DNA of 64,000 nt from Blasia pusilla (Eukaryota): NCBI GenBank assembly GCA_050084515.1, contig CM114271.1:33852001-33916000 (forward strand), in the 5' to 3' direction. Position 1 is the first letter of the stretch, and each line of letters begins with the position of its first letter. The position numbers and the translations under genes were made by a program. Under the pieces are notes generated by a model. It was given only the letters and a program-made list of their open reading frames with translations, made no database searches and had not been told where the DNA came from. Of the stretch, positions 13,801 to 27,883 are shown one piece after another.

Positions 13801-14752
13801 TTTAGAAAAATAGAAATAAAAAAGTTGAAAAAAACCAACCAGTTAAAGATCTTAAACAAAAATTCTTTGCTAATCTTATTTTAAGAAATTAAAAAAATCT
13901 GAATTGTTGTTTTTAAGAAACAATACTACACCACATTGAACTATAACTTTATAATCAAATCTCTTCACAAAAAGAATTAACTACGCTAACCCTAAATATA
14001 CATTATCTATACTATTGAGAGAGGATGGACTTAGAAGAGGAGTCTATTGGGTTAGTGTTCTTTCAAGTCATGTTTGCAAGTGACATCTGTCCTTTCGAGG
14101 AAAAAAAGACTAAGGATAGTGAGAGTAGAAGTTAAGTTAAGAGAAGGGAGGGAGTATTAGGAGGAGAGGGGGGATTTTTACAATTCTCGATTTAAGAGCT
14201 TTTAGGAGTAGAGGTTACATTTAACTATTTTTTTCATGAACTTTCCCTTCATTAAGAAAAAAATTTCTCAAAAAATATTAGGAGGACTAGAATTTTTTTT
14301 AAATTATCCCAATTAATTCTTCATAAGTGTTTTTCCCCTTAAAATTTGAATCTTGACCAATCTTAGGATACAAAAATTCCATTAAAAAATAAAATTTATA
14401 TAAATAAATAAATTCTAGAAGATGCACAAAGTCAAATTTTCATATCTTATCATGCTTTTATTTTTATGATTTCCTTTTTCCTTTTTCTCTTTGTCTTCTA
14501 AAATTTATTTTGGTTTTAAAAAATCCCATTTTTACATTTTATTTTAATAAATTTTAAAATATAAATTAAAAATTGCATCGCAAAAAACTCATACTAAATA
14601 TTATTGGAGGATTTTTTTTATTTAAGCTTTTCCAAAGATTAAAACGTATCATTAGTGTTCATGTTACTATTTTATTTGAGTTGGAAGAAAAATGAAGCTT
14701 CCATTCTATTATTCTTGTTTCTTTACATGATAAACATGCTTTATATTACATA

Positions 14753-14970
14753 CTAGTAAGGTGTGCGTGCCATGCACGAGAAATAAAAGAAGTGTTTTAG
14801 AGTTAGTGTATAGCCCGTGAAAGAAAGCGATTAATGATTTTGCATATAAATTCAAATTTTTTCCTATTGCCCGTAGTATGTGAAACATTTTCTTGCTGCC
14901 CAATTGCCATGTGTCAGGCAAATAGGTGTCTGCAAATCAAGAAGGCACTCTCCCATAATAATATAGAAGA
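14753..14970 (-). mobile_element. Complete ~218-bp non-autonomous Helitron
   Basis: On minus: A|TCTTCTATATTATT...cgtgcatggcacg (hairpin 14766-14778)...CTAG|T. It has the TC start, CTAG end, subterminal hairpin and AT target. Confidence 0.8.
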
Positions 14971-17900
14971 TAAACTAGGATCTAACATAAGTAATTTGTG
15001 CAAAATTTAATGCCAAAATCTGAAATATAGTTCTATGCAATTAGTTCATGGTGCATTTCTTTGTATGAGTGCATTTTTCTACCAACACAAATAAAAAATG
15101 TATGTTTATGATCAAAACATAAACACCTTTGCCAAAGCATACCTAAAATCTAGGCTCAAAGAGATTAACAAAACATCCCCTCGAATTTGGAATGAAATGA
15201 TACTATGAAACGTAAGTTACTATCAAATATTTTCCATTGGTCATCTAACGAGGAACCAATCGCTACTCTTCCGTGCTCCTCCAACATCTAAGTTTCTATG
15301 AAAGAGGTACTCCTTACCTTTCAAATCAATAGAAAAAACACAAAATTTATGTGAGTCCTGACTCCTAAGTATCCATCTCAATACAATGGAATTTGATATT
15401 TTAATTTTCTACTTTGAATTCAATATATATATCTTGTATCTTATGTTGCAACTACAATTCAATCCTTACACATTCACTTTAATTATAGATTTTCCAAATT
15501 TTACATTATCTCCTTTTAAAAAATGATGTACTCTCTTGATGAAAAGTTGGATTTATACAATGATCTTTTCTACCACAAAACCTTCCCCATATCTACTTTC
15601 ATACATACCGAGTGTAAGGTTTATGATATAGTTTTTCTTCTTAAACTTCTCCATGTTGGAAACTCCTTCATATTTCTTATTAAGTTAGTTGTTAGTCCCA
15701 CAAAGAATAAAAGAAACCTATGGAGGCACATCCTTTATCATGAATGAATTCTCCTCAATATCATCATAGATATGTATCCTTGTCGTCTTCTAATACACCA
15801 ACCCTTGAACTTTTTCAATCTATAGAACTCTTTTGAATATCTTGTGAGTAGGTTTTGGATTCCGTGCCAAGAGAATCACTAAGATAGACCTATCAATTTG
15901 GAAACCCTCATATTGAATCATATAGTGGAATAACTCTCTTTATAAAATATGAATCATCAAACTTTGAGGGATATATTTATACAATGAAAAGTAGACAGTA
16001 AGCATTTCGAAACTTACAAAATCATCTTCATGATTAGATGAAAAATGAAGGGCATTTCCCCACTTTGGATTTTTTTTTATTCAAAATATAGTGCTCTAAA
16101 ATCCTTCAAAATTTTCAAGGTTGTTGGTGATTCCTCTTATAATGCTACACCTAAAGGTTAGATATTCTTGGGCTTTTTTCCAAGGAATTAATTAGGAGTA
16201 AGGGTAAGCTTATACCGAAAGAAAAGAACTCGCCCGTATCGATCATCTAATTCTCTCTCTTTTGAATTCCATTCTATCGTATAAGATATTTTTTACCATT
16301 GGACGAACATGAGACTTCTAGGGATGGATTAAGATTATATCAAGTTGCTAATTAATGGTTAAAATCTTGCTAAATTATCTCTATGATCAAATGAAAATGA
16401 AAGGTCTTATCTCCACTTTTGAATTTTTAATTGGAGATGTGGAGCTCCAAAATATTTGAAACTTTTCAAGGGTGTTAGTAATAATTAGTAACACTTGTAA
16501 GAATACAATACCTGAAGTTTCAAAATTTATGGGCATGTATATATTGAAAAAATTCGGGACCCTTAAGGTAAATTTGCACATGAAGAAGAGAGTTCAAGAA
16601 TATCAATCACATAATTTTCTTTTCTTTATACTCTATTCAAAATCTACTGTATAGGAGATTATTTTATTGTTAGATAGATATATGCTTGTAGGGAGATATT
16701 CCTATCATATAAATGAGATAGTGAATTGTTTAAATCTTGCTAAATTATCTTCATCAATAGTTGAAAATTGAAGCACCTTGTCTTCAATTTTGGATTTTTT
16801 TATTGGAGGTGGAGATTTTTTTCTTCCAAATAATTGAAAATTTTCAGAGGTATTGGCGAAAACTCTACGCATACTATACCAAAAATACATCTATTCATAG
16901 ATTTTTTTGGGGAAAATTTACGGAAAATAATTTTAAAGTTTGTTAAGGAAGACAATGGTTTACACACAATAATAAGATAATTAAGTGCTATGATAAGTTT
17001 TTGACATTTGTGTCCATAATTTGGAAACTTTGGGACAAGAATGGCAAGTTTGCAAAGAAAAAAGAGGATTACTACTTCGAGTTCATTCAATTGCCTCCAT
17101 TCAATTATTTCGATGGGAATATACTAGTCCATACTCGTATATCATGCAAAAGTGAAAATAAATCCCAACCTTATTTCTTTGTCTAATTAACTCACTTCCT
17201 TTAAAAATTATTCAAAAATTGAATTTGTTATCTTTTATCAGGAAAACTTCAATCCTCCTTTCCATCCTTAGGTACTTCTCTTTATTTTCAAATCCATTTC
17301 TCCCGCTGTTTTTTTTTTTCTTTTGGAAAACCTCCTACTCCTAGATCCTTATTTTAAAAAATAAAGTTTCCGAGAGTAGATTGGTATTGGAGATATCATA
17401 ATCCCCCTTCTAGTCTTTTATGCACTCATTTTCATTTCAAATTCCATTCCTCCTCATCTTTAATGTGTGTGCCTCATATTTTCATTTGGAATCCTCCCAC
17501 TTCTACATCACATTTCGAAAAACCCGACACTCTTTGCTTCTTCTTTTTTGAAAAAAAAAAACGTTGGAAATATCCAATTAGGAGAGTTTTCAAATGTGTT
17601 TTCTTTGTGGTGAAAAATATTCTATACAAAATAGACAACCACAAGTTTTTCCCATTGTTATAATTTCATGTTTATACGTCTTTTTGTAACCATTTTTATT
17701 TCTATCTCTATGACCCAATACATGATATGAGATTCAACTACTATGTTTTACTGAATGAGTGGAACAAAGAATTGAGGAGGTTTAATTCTAGAAAATGATA
17801 GCCTTCTAAGAATTTATCTCATTAAGGGTTTTCCGTATGAGAGGGAAACACACTTTATTCCGTAAGGGAGAGGGGGAGGAAGAGAGAAAGAGTAATTTTT

Positions 17901-18226
17901 CAATAAGGGATGGGGGAGGAGAGACAATGTTTAAATATAAGCATCAGACGGTAATTAATGTGAAGGTTGTTGAGTAGATCATAGTAGGGGTGACGTCAAT
18001 TTTATTCAATTGTAGAAAGCTTTAGCTTAAGATGAAAAGGATAATGTTCACTAAAACAAATGTACCCCTTCACTCAATTATTCTGATGTGATGCAAATTT
18101 TACAAAAGCGATCGTAAAGAGTCCTATAAAGTCATTTTACAATTATTTGTGGCTCTTTGAGAGTTGGAAAATCTTGTTAAATGTTTATCTTGGATTTTAG
18201 TTGCTTTCATGCAATTGTATGATAAT

Positions 18227-18653
18227 CAAGGTTGCAGAGAAACAAAATTGTCCGTCCATAGGATGAACGTGCCAAACAAGTCTCCCTGGTGGGTTTAATT
18301 GGGATGTGAGAACAAGTGCGGGCTTGGATTAAGGGTGTTGGACAGGTACCGAAAATTTGAGTGGATTTCTTGCCCATATCGAGATTACGCCTTGCTTGCA
18401 ATGGCTTGTGCGGGCCAGGGCGGGCTAGGCGCAGGCCAGTGCGGGTTGGTTGGGTTGGATGCACGCTAAGATATGGGTGGCATGAGTTGGCGGCAGGTCG
18501 CATTATTGGGGTACGAACTGGCTGAGCTTGGATCTACGTTGCCGACGAGTCGAGCCATAAGAACCTCGATAAGAACCTAGGCGTGCACGGATATGTCCAT
18601 CTTAGGGACGAACATAAGTCCGCGGATACAAATTTTGTCCATGTGCAACCTTG
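18227..18653 (+). mobile_element. hAT-like MITE (427 bp)
   Basis: Perfect 10-bp TIRs caaggttgca (18227-18236) and tgcaaccttg (18644-18653); 8-bp flanks atgataat/atgacaat (one mismatch). Confidence 0.85.
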
Positions 18654-19685
18654 ATGACAATGGAATAATAGTTGCAGGTTGTCACTCTCGGACTCTCCTC
18701 CCTTTATCTTGAAAATTGCATATGTTTTTTCCTCATTTGATGATTCTTACTATACGGTTTCCTCTCTCTTTAACAAAGTCTATGTCCTCGGAATTTCAAT
18801 CATCTAGTCATTGAGTCAACATGATACACATTAGGCAGGTTGCATCTGTGGCCATAGTCAATAGCCACCACTTCCAACATGATGAGAGGGCCCCATAGTA
18901 GCTAAGATGCAAACATTATCATGTATTATAGGGGTTGAGTTTGAAATGCGAACAAGCATTGAATACTCCCAAGAGTACCCCAAAAACTTATGGGAGGAAG
19001 TAACATTAGGTTCAATAATACTAGCTAGTGAGATATCGATATAATAGTACGCATGGCGGCATTGGTGTAGGTACCTAGTGCATACGAGCATAGATGTAAG
19101 CACTGCTAGATAGACAATGTCGAAGGGTATGCCTCTTGTAGTAGTATTTCCTCTCGCAGCAAGACTCATGCCATTTCAATAGTATTGAGTACATGAAATT
19201 AAGTGTCATTATCTACGCTGTTAAGCTTTACCATATGATAGATTGGCAAGAGCCTCCATATTTAACATGTGCTTGCAATTTTTCACAAAATAGTTAAAAA
19301 AAGACATTTTTGTGAATAACTTCCCTATTAACTCTATAGGGGTTTCTAATATAATGGAATTTTCTTACAATAAATCAAGGAAATTGATTAGACATAATTT
19401 GCATAAATTTACTCCGTTAAGTTTTCTTTTTTTTTGTGATTCACCTTAGTCTCCATTTGGTGAACTCATTCTTAGGGCGCTACCCCCATCCAAAACCACA
19501 ACAACTATCCTTAATAAATCTGCTAACTTGTTAAAATAAACCTCAATTATCCTTACTCATTTTATCTATGTCTATGTTATTCTTAGAGGCACACCGCTCA
19601 ATAAAAAACATATCCCTATTTGACATGTTTTCGTTTGGTTGATCTCATATTTGACACATGCCCCATATAATTAGTTAGTTATTTA

Positions 19686-19963
19686 TCTATCTATATAATT
19701 AAAAGAAGATAGGATTTGACGAGTCTCTAAGTGATGTGAGATCCATGCCACTGTGAGAGAGGGAATTGAATTAAAGAGAGATTAAATATCTCTAGTGCAA
19801 CCACTAGTGTCTAACTAAGTTAGGGCAAAGTATGTGTCATTATTAGTCTCATCATTTTGCAAACTCCTCTTCCTTTTAATACTTGTCCCAATATAACATA
19901 AAATTGATTAAAAATAACATTTTAAAATTTATAATTCAAACTGGGTTCGCTTTCTTACGCTAG
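19686..19963 (+). mobile_element. Possible non-autonomous Helitron
   Basis: TCTATCTATATAATTAAAAG 5' motif and CTAG|T at 19960-19963; the subterminal hairpin is weak. Confidence 0.4.
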
Positions 19964-22274
19964 TAAACTTTTAAGGCATAGCTGGGCCAGTTTTACGTAC
20001 CATATGGTTCCTTTATTTGCTTTATTCCCCATGATTTGCTACTTTACTTTAATGTTTTTCTTTACATTAAATTAATAGGGTCCCATTAAGAAAGACGCAA
20101 TGATGACGAGAGGGCCCCTAAGGTCGCCACTAAAAAAGACGCTACGATGACGAGAAACACACGCACATGCAGTCTCATCATGCATCGTGAAAAAGGAAAG
20201 GAGTGAGTGATAAAGCGAAAAAGGAAAGGAGTGATCGAAGAGCGGATCATGGAACTCGGACATATTGCGATTCCGATGGAGAAGTGATCTCACCTCCATC
20301 GCTCCCTTCGCACGAAGTGATCGAGTTGAGATGTGAAGCAGCGAAATTAGAAGGAGTTCAGTTGAGAAGCCGCGAGATCTGAAGTGGAAGCAGTTGAGAA
20401 AGAGCGATATCAGAATGAATTGAGTAGAGTCCATTTGAATTGGGATGCATTGGATCGAGTGGAAGTGAGGGACAGTGCGATCGGAGGAAATGTAGTGTTC
20501 GCGTGGAAATCGACCTTTGGAAGCTGCGGCGGATGGTTGCTTGCACTTTGGAGTGGAGAGGGGAATGGCGATGAGACTCTCAGGAATGAGCTGTTTCTGG
20601 CGCGTCCTAGAACAATTATGGCGATGGCGAGGATCTCTGCTGAGCAGCGGAGCCTTTGAAGCGGAGGGGGGGATTGAAAGTGAGGCGCAGGGGAATCCTG
20701 TGAGCGGCTGCCTGTCTGCGATGGAGCTTCCGTTCCGATCTTATCTTCAGCATCGAAAAGCAGGGAATCCACGACGTCATCAGCACGCGCTCACATTCTC
20801 ATGGACGCGCAGATTCGCTCGCTCAATGGATGTCTCGGGTTTTCCGCTGTCTGATTGCGCGCGCTCATGATTACAGGAGAACATGGTGAACCGCCATGCG
20901 TTGAAGCGTTTCGCTTACATTCACAGGGCCTAAAGCCCTGTGAATGTAAGCGAAGGGTTTAGGGTGCCTTATCGCTGCAGTGCCCTACAATTTCGAAGAA
21001 TTTCGTGTCATTTCCTGCGGGGGCTGAGAGAGAGAGAGAGAGAGGTCTCTGCCCTGACTCAGGGAGCACCCGGAGCAACAACCAATCCTGCTCAAGATGA
21101 TGAACCCCTCCTCCATCTCCACAATCCGATGCAAAAAATCCCGAAAGACTCACTACGAGTCCGCACCCGCTGACGCCACACCCTCTCCCTCCCATCCTCC
21201 TCACCGGCCCCCGACGTCGAACGAATCCCTCCCCAGCAGCCGATTTCACCACCCGCACGATCACCAGCATGTGCTCCAAGATCCCCACCCTGCGCTTTAC
21301 GATTCCATTTGCCTATCCCTCCAAATCGTCAACCCCGCATCCGATTCTCCCTCATCTGTCGCTCCCCACTTCTCCTCCCCCACACACCAACACACAAGCT
21401 CCGCATACACGAATCCTTACGCGGAGCTCCATATTCACTTTCCTCTCAGTCGCGGCATTTTCTGCCTGCCCCCAAAACTTTTGGGGCAGGCATTTTCTGT
21501 CCACCGTCGCGGCGACGCTACTAGTCGCGACATTACAGATATCGGACGGACATGTCTCTGTTATCCGCTGGAAAATAGCTCCAGCTAGGACCCTAGGTTG
21601 AAAGACGTTGCCGCGACTAGTAGCGGTTGACGTAGAAGGGGCCTGAAGGACCGTCCCATGGAAAGGCCTCATCCGTCTGATCCGACCAGAACAGTCGTAC
21701 ACAGAAATTCTTGGCAAGAATCCCTGAAACTAAAGTCAACACGTGGACTTTCAGTTATTCGTGCCACGCTAATTCTTGCCAGGAGTTATTAGTGAAAGTG
21801 CGCGTTTAGCCAGTTAAGAAATAAAATCAGAAATTGCCGGAAATGAGGCATCTGAAAACAGGTCCGACAACAGAGATGACCGTTCCCGATTGTGGAATAG
21901 CGGTGATGGTATACCGGTTACTATGGGAAGAACTCCCCTGAGCCCGACGCGTGGGGGTGTTGCTTCTGTCGTCCGATTTACTTGGTTAATAGAGTATTTA
22001 GTTATCAGTTTTTTCGTTTTGTTTAGTTCTTAGGATGTGGGAAGATAGGCTTTAAGAGCTTTGTTTATTGGTTTTAACGGATGTGGAATTAATTTGTTTG
22101 AGTTTCGTGTATTTTTTAAAACATTTGGGAATGTGTGTGGTGTAATTAGTATTTTAATGATTTCTCGGATTTTGGTTTTTTGAGATTTTTATAAAATAAT
22201 TTTGGAATAAGAATTTTTTTCGGGCATTATGATTTTACAATTTTTTATTCGAATACATCAGATATTTATTTAAA

Positions 22275-22434
22275 CTAGTGGCCAGCCCATACCATGCACA
22301 TGAGTGAAAAGACTAATCAGATTACACATAAATTTATTTATTTTTTGTCCAAGAAAGAGAAATATTTTTTTATTGCCCGTAGAATAGAAAAAATTTTCTT
22401 GTTGCCAAGTGGAGCTCTCCCAATAATAATATAA
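22275..22434 (-). mobile_element. Non-autonomous Helitron, same family as 14753-14970
   Basis: CTAG at 22275; shared blocks tattgcccgtag, ttttcttg(c/t)tgcc and ctctccca..ataatata. Confidence 0.65.
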
Positions 22435-22649
22435 TTTTTTTTTCTTTATCAATTTTTCTGTTTATGACATCTATTTTTGGTCATCTCAAGTGGATGTCAT
22501 AAGAAGGAGTAGAAAAAAATTTGCGTCTTCCAATTAGTATATAATTTTTGTAATATTTAAATTCTTAATTTTTTAGGGGTCTGAAAAGTTCTATTTATTA
22601 ATTTGAAAGATTTTGGTTGTATTTCAAGTATCTCCATCCATTACATAAA

Positions 22650-22675
22650 CTAGTTAGCATCCCGTGCTACGCACG
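22650..22675 (-). mobile_element. Helitron 3' terminus
   Basis: CTAG at 22650-22653 with hairpin cgtgc-tac-gcacg at 22663-22675. Confidence 0.7.
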
Positions 22676-22736
22676 AAAAGAGATATCATTATAAATAATT
22701 ATTAGAAAAAAAATGAAATTAAAGAGTGGATATTTG

Positions 22737-23192
22737 TTTTAATCCACTTCTCACGTACATAAAATCATCACTAAAACACTTCCCTCATAAATATAATCCC
22801 CATCAATCAAATTAAACCCCACAACTTCCTTCAATAATTTATACCCAAGTTTTAACCCACTCTTCGCATACATAAAATCACCACTAAACCACTCCCCCAT
22901 ACATATAACCCGGGGCACCAATCAAATTAAATCCCACTACTTCCTACAATAATTACTACTAAATTTTAACCCATTCCTCAAATACATAAAATCACCACTA
23001 AACAACTCTCCCATAAATATAACCCTCACCAATCAAATAAAATCCCACTACTTCCTATAATAATTACTACTAAGTTTTAATCCATTCCTCACATACATAA
23101 AATCACCATCGAACCACTCTCCCATAAATATAATTCCGACCAATCAAATTAAACCCCACTACTTCCTAAAATAATTATTATCCAAAAATTTT
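22737..23192. repeat. ~113-bp tandem repeat, 4 copies
   Basis: ttttaa(t/c)cca...acataaaatcaccacta...atcaaattaaa.cccac.acttcct starts at 22737, 22850, 22964 and 23075. Confidence 0.92.
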
Positions 23193-25725
23193 AATTTCTT
23201 TTCAAACCCATAGCAAGTTACAAAATGAATATATGAAAGAAAAATTAGTAACATGTTACTATCTTGTCGTATTATGCTATCTTGTCCTATTCTACTTGTG
23301 GGGTTGCATATTATAGTATGGATAAAGAGGGGTTACAATCCTCTCTCTTGCAAAAGTAACATTGCCATAAGTACATGGAATATAGCAAAAATCTCATACA
23401 TCATAATTTTTTTCATGATGACAAGATCCAATAGTAAATTGATTTATAAGGATTGTTAGAAGGTGTCCTCACAATACTTGAATCCTTCCCTTTAGGCGAG
23501 ACACAAAACAATGTGAGAGTCATTATTTCTCAAGGATAACATATTGAGATCTCTATAAATGGCACAATTTATGTATGAGGTTTTTTGGGAGCTAGTTGGA
23601 GGGCCACTTTATTGAGGGTTGCATGGATTTTCCAAGCTCGCCCATTTTTGGACACTCAAGAGGGTCTCATAGGAAATATCCAAATACTTGCCCGTTTTTT
23701 TAAAACTTTTCACAAAGAAATTGGATTTTCCAGGTTGCATTTTTTTAAAGTTTTGCAGGTCGAATTGAAAATTCTTAGATTTTACCATTTGGTATTACAA
23801 AGAATACCGGTTCTAGGTGCCTCTAGAACTTTTCAGGAACATTCTCCTAAGCACTAAATAGCGTTTAATTTGTTCACTAGAGGTCCCATTAAATGCCTTA
23901 ATAGATGTATGCTATTATGAAGCTCATAGCTTCCGAATTAAAGCAATTAAAATTTGGTGGTTTTAATTTTAAAATCATATGCATAATTAATTTTCGTAGG
24001 GGGATCAATATCAAGTTTTCGTAGTGAGATCAATATCAAGAAAGAAAAAAAAGGTCAACTGGGTGAAATTCCAAACCCTTTGGCCACAAGGATTCTCCTA
24101 TGGCCTCGTCCCAAGCCCACACATTTTACCTCTTTCTTCCCTCGTTCTTATATGGGGATGATTTTGAGATGGTCGGATTGGTTGAAGTATTTTTTGATTA
24201 ATCTATATTATTGATTTATCAATAGTATAATTACATCCCATGATGACATCTCTATTTTACATGTAATACAACTATGCACCTCCCTCCTAACACATGTCAA
24301 ATTTGAAAATATAAGTTTATTAATTTTGTATAGTGGATTTGGTTTTACTTGTAAATAACATAAGGATTGTGAAATGCATGGACTCATGCATGGGATAAAT
24401 AGGACTCAAAGCTTACCCATTTATGGGGTCATGAACACCCTTCTTTCATTTCTATTTTCTTTTCATCCAAAGGGGTAGCGCATATTTTGCTGGACATGTG
24501 TCACCAAGAGAGAAATGGCACCTCTAGCAAGAGTTTATAGGCTTAAGACTTCAGGATAATTTTTGGGTTGGGGTCTGACGGAAGTTCTTTGATATTATTG
24601 CCATTATTTAGACCCTCTTAAGGTGCACTTTATTCTCCCATGGTTGGAAGAGAGGGTAGTATCCATTAAGGTAGTGATGAAATATACTTCTTTTCTTAAA
24701 AAGTGTGGAAGTGAAACCTATTATTCCGTAACTGATCTCTACTTGAGAAGTTGCATTTAAAACTCTTTAAGTAAAATGATGATTTGCTATCTTCATAGGA
24801 CATGATGAGAGTTATCGTTAAAAATTTCATCAAACACAATATCGCAACAAAGAAAAAGGGCCCTCCTCATTTTTTAATCCCATCTACATCCGCTTTCTTC
24901 ATTAGAGAATCTCTATCCTAACCTCGTGATTTAGGAGAAGAAATTACCTTAACTCCTCTTACTTAACCCAATACCCTCCCAATCAATCTCATTCATTCTC
25001 TTATTCCTAACAACTACTACTCAAATTCAAATTGGATTATTTTGTCGTATTAGGCTCTCGTCAATGTTTACTTACATAGATGCTATCTTCAATAAGTTAA
25101 AAATTGTTAGGATCAAATGGATGGCTTGTAAAGTTGAGCCATTCTCTTTTTCAATCAATTCAATCCCTACATGGACTTCCTTTTCTTTCCAATTAATTCA
25201 ATTGCTTATAGTTAAAGAGACCGATCACCGATCTTCTTGGCGGAAACCCTTTTTGGCAGCATACAAGATATGGTTATTCCTTAAACCCAAAACATTTGGT
25301 GGCCTTCATTGGCCTGTGTTAGCACCAAAGATTCAATTCAAACCCTAGATCTCTGGGAGGCAGGTTTCACTTGACGAAACGTCGCAAGGCCATACCTGTT
25401 CAACGAGCTTTGCCAGGAGTTGTAAGCCGCCAGTGATCAGTTGAACCATCACCAGATCACTACTTCACCCACAATTGTCTCAGCTGAATGTCATTTGCCT
25501 TCAGAAACAAATTGTATTATAAGCTGAATGCTACATCACTTTGAAAACTGTTGGGCATAGCTCACCATAATGTGGGACTCGTGTGGATGGGATAACACCC
25601 ACCGCTAGGTTTGATGGACCGAGGACTGCTATCACAAGGTTATTACCAGATGGTCGAAGAGTCGGACGGTCAGGGGATGACCGGTTCTGATGTCGGTTTT
25701 GTTGCAGATTCGCCATGGAGATTTG

Positions 25726-26490
25726 ACAGGTGGGGAGATGAGCACACCTCCAGTGGACAAAGTGTTACATAAGATCATATCTGGACTTGGCATCTTGGCT
25801 GTCTATCAAAGCAGGGGATGACTGAAATGTTCATTTAGTACGACTAGGATAACCAAATATTGATGCAGGGGGTGACTGAATTGTTCGTCAGGTAAGATTC
25901 AGGTAACTGAAAGAGGGGATGACTGAAATGCTCATCTGGTACAACTCTGCTAACCAAAACTCAAAGCAGGGGATGACTAAGCAAGTGCCGGTGATTAGGG
26001 TAAATGCACCAGGTTTGATACTAGTTTTGTCTGAGACTTCAATATGAAGCCCTCCTCAGGCAGGTAGAAAGATGGGCAGGCATACAAAAGACGAACTCTT
26101 CTAAAGATCATATCTAGCGCTGGCAGCATTTTTGATGTCTATCAACGCGGGGGATGACAGCCACCATTAAGTTTGAAGGTGGGTGTCAAGTAAGGAGATC
26201 AGCACACCTACGACACAAACTTGTCATCAATATCAAATCCAGACTTGCCATCTTTGATGGCAGAGCCGGGGATGCGTATGAAATGGTCATCTAGAGTCAG
26301 GGACTCCCGTGAATGAACTGCCACCATCCATCAGGTTTGATGTAACTTTTTCCTTTAGCTTCGACATGAAGATCCTCTCATGACAGGTAGGGATATGAGC
26401 AAACCTGGAACAGAAACTCTTATTGTAGATCATTTCTAGACTAGGCATCTTTGATGTCTATGAAAGCAGAGGATCACTATGAAATGGAAT
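25726..26490. repeat. Diverged ~100-bp unit, about 4 dispersed copies
   Basis: caggt..gagatgagca.acct...agatcatatct.gact.ggcatctttgatgtctat.aaagcaggggatgact near 25726, 26060, 26186 and 26382. Confidence 0.7.
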
Positions 26491-27883
26491 CCGAAGAGAA
26501 GTACATTCAGAAGGACATTAAGACTCTCAGATCAAAATATTGTCCGCACTATGTTTGAACCATATCCCTGAAGAAAAGAGCGGTTCCGATAGATGTTAAG
26601 ACCCTCAGGTCACCACATTGTCAATACTATGATTGAACCATACTCTGAAGAAAAGAATGACTATGTCCAGATGTACACTGCATTACCAGCTCCCGCAAAC
26701 CCAGCTTCCAAACATGGGGCTACAGAAATGCATGTCTAAAGGTTCTGTCCCATATAGACATGTCTGTAGTCGACATCAAAACAGTAGCATGATTCACTAT
26801 TGGCATCTAGGGGTGAAGAAATGAAGAAAGACTGGTGATATATAAACACTGTAGCCCAACTGCCTTTCACGAGTCTGCAGAAGATAGGGCATACCTTAAA
26901 TCACGAGACAAACCAAACTAGGTCACTGTAGGGTGTCTCTATTCGTGAATTTAATCCATTGAAGGTGACAGAATTCAGGTCACCTTCTATGAAGGAAATG
27001 CAAGAATACTCAACCGATTCGATTGTTGTAGATGAGATCTCACACCTCCTAGCTTGAATCTACATGTTGATTCAAAGGACCTCATCGTGAGGTGCTCTGG
27101 CGTTTGTGTCAAATCCGTGAACTAGACTCAACAGGCACCAAAGCCCCTCCGGATTATATTCAGCCTGCAGGATCTACATCAATTCTGGAGGGAAACGCTG
27201 ACAAAGGCTTCACCACAATCTCAAGGCCCCAGGAGGAAGAAGCATTAAACTCCTGACCAAGAGTCTGAGCGATTAGAAATCGCAGAGCTGTGCTTCTGGA
27301 AAGATGTTTCCCGATCGAGAAAAATCAACCAGCCTTCATAATCAGTTGTTGCACCACTGTACTTGGGTGTTCATACCTAACAGATGATCTCCTTGAGGGT
27401 GTTGGAACAGGAGAAAGCATCCTCCTTTAGTTTTCTGATGTACTGACGTTCGAAGTCTGCCGTCCACCACTTATCCAGCCGAAATAAGCAAACAGACTGA
27501 TGGTTACCTCAGTTTTGGTTCTACAACAAAAGAAAAAAAAGAAGAAAAAAGAAAAAAAAGAAGAAAGAAACTATATGCTTATGAAAGCGCACCCGACCGG
27601 GCATTCATCCCCATCACCTAGCATGAATAAGGCTGGCAATGACAAGTACCGGAACGAGCTACAGAAAAATTCTTGGAGATCCAGAAACTACATCAATCAC
27701 AAAACAAGAGCTTGATGTATGTTCAATTACTGAGCTGCCTCAACTACTCTAAAGCTGTACAATAATGATAGGGATCCCCGGGCTTGACCCTGGGGATTCA
27801 TATCGAAGGCGGAAGGCGCATTCGATCTGGCGGAAGGCGCATTCGATCTGATTCGTGCCATCACTAGAAGGAGCAATCCTCAC

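Noticed and set aside
16030-16950. Weak ~350-370-bp periodicity in AT-rich DNA
   Set aside because: Only short blocks (for example aaatcttgctaaattatct at 16362 and 16732) match; boundaries cannot be defined by eye.
27808-27849. 21-bp tandem duplication after the BTB gene stop
   Set aside because: Ordinary slippage-type duplication with no evidence of function.
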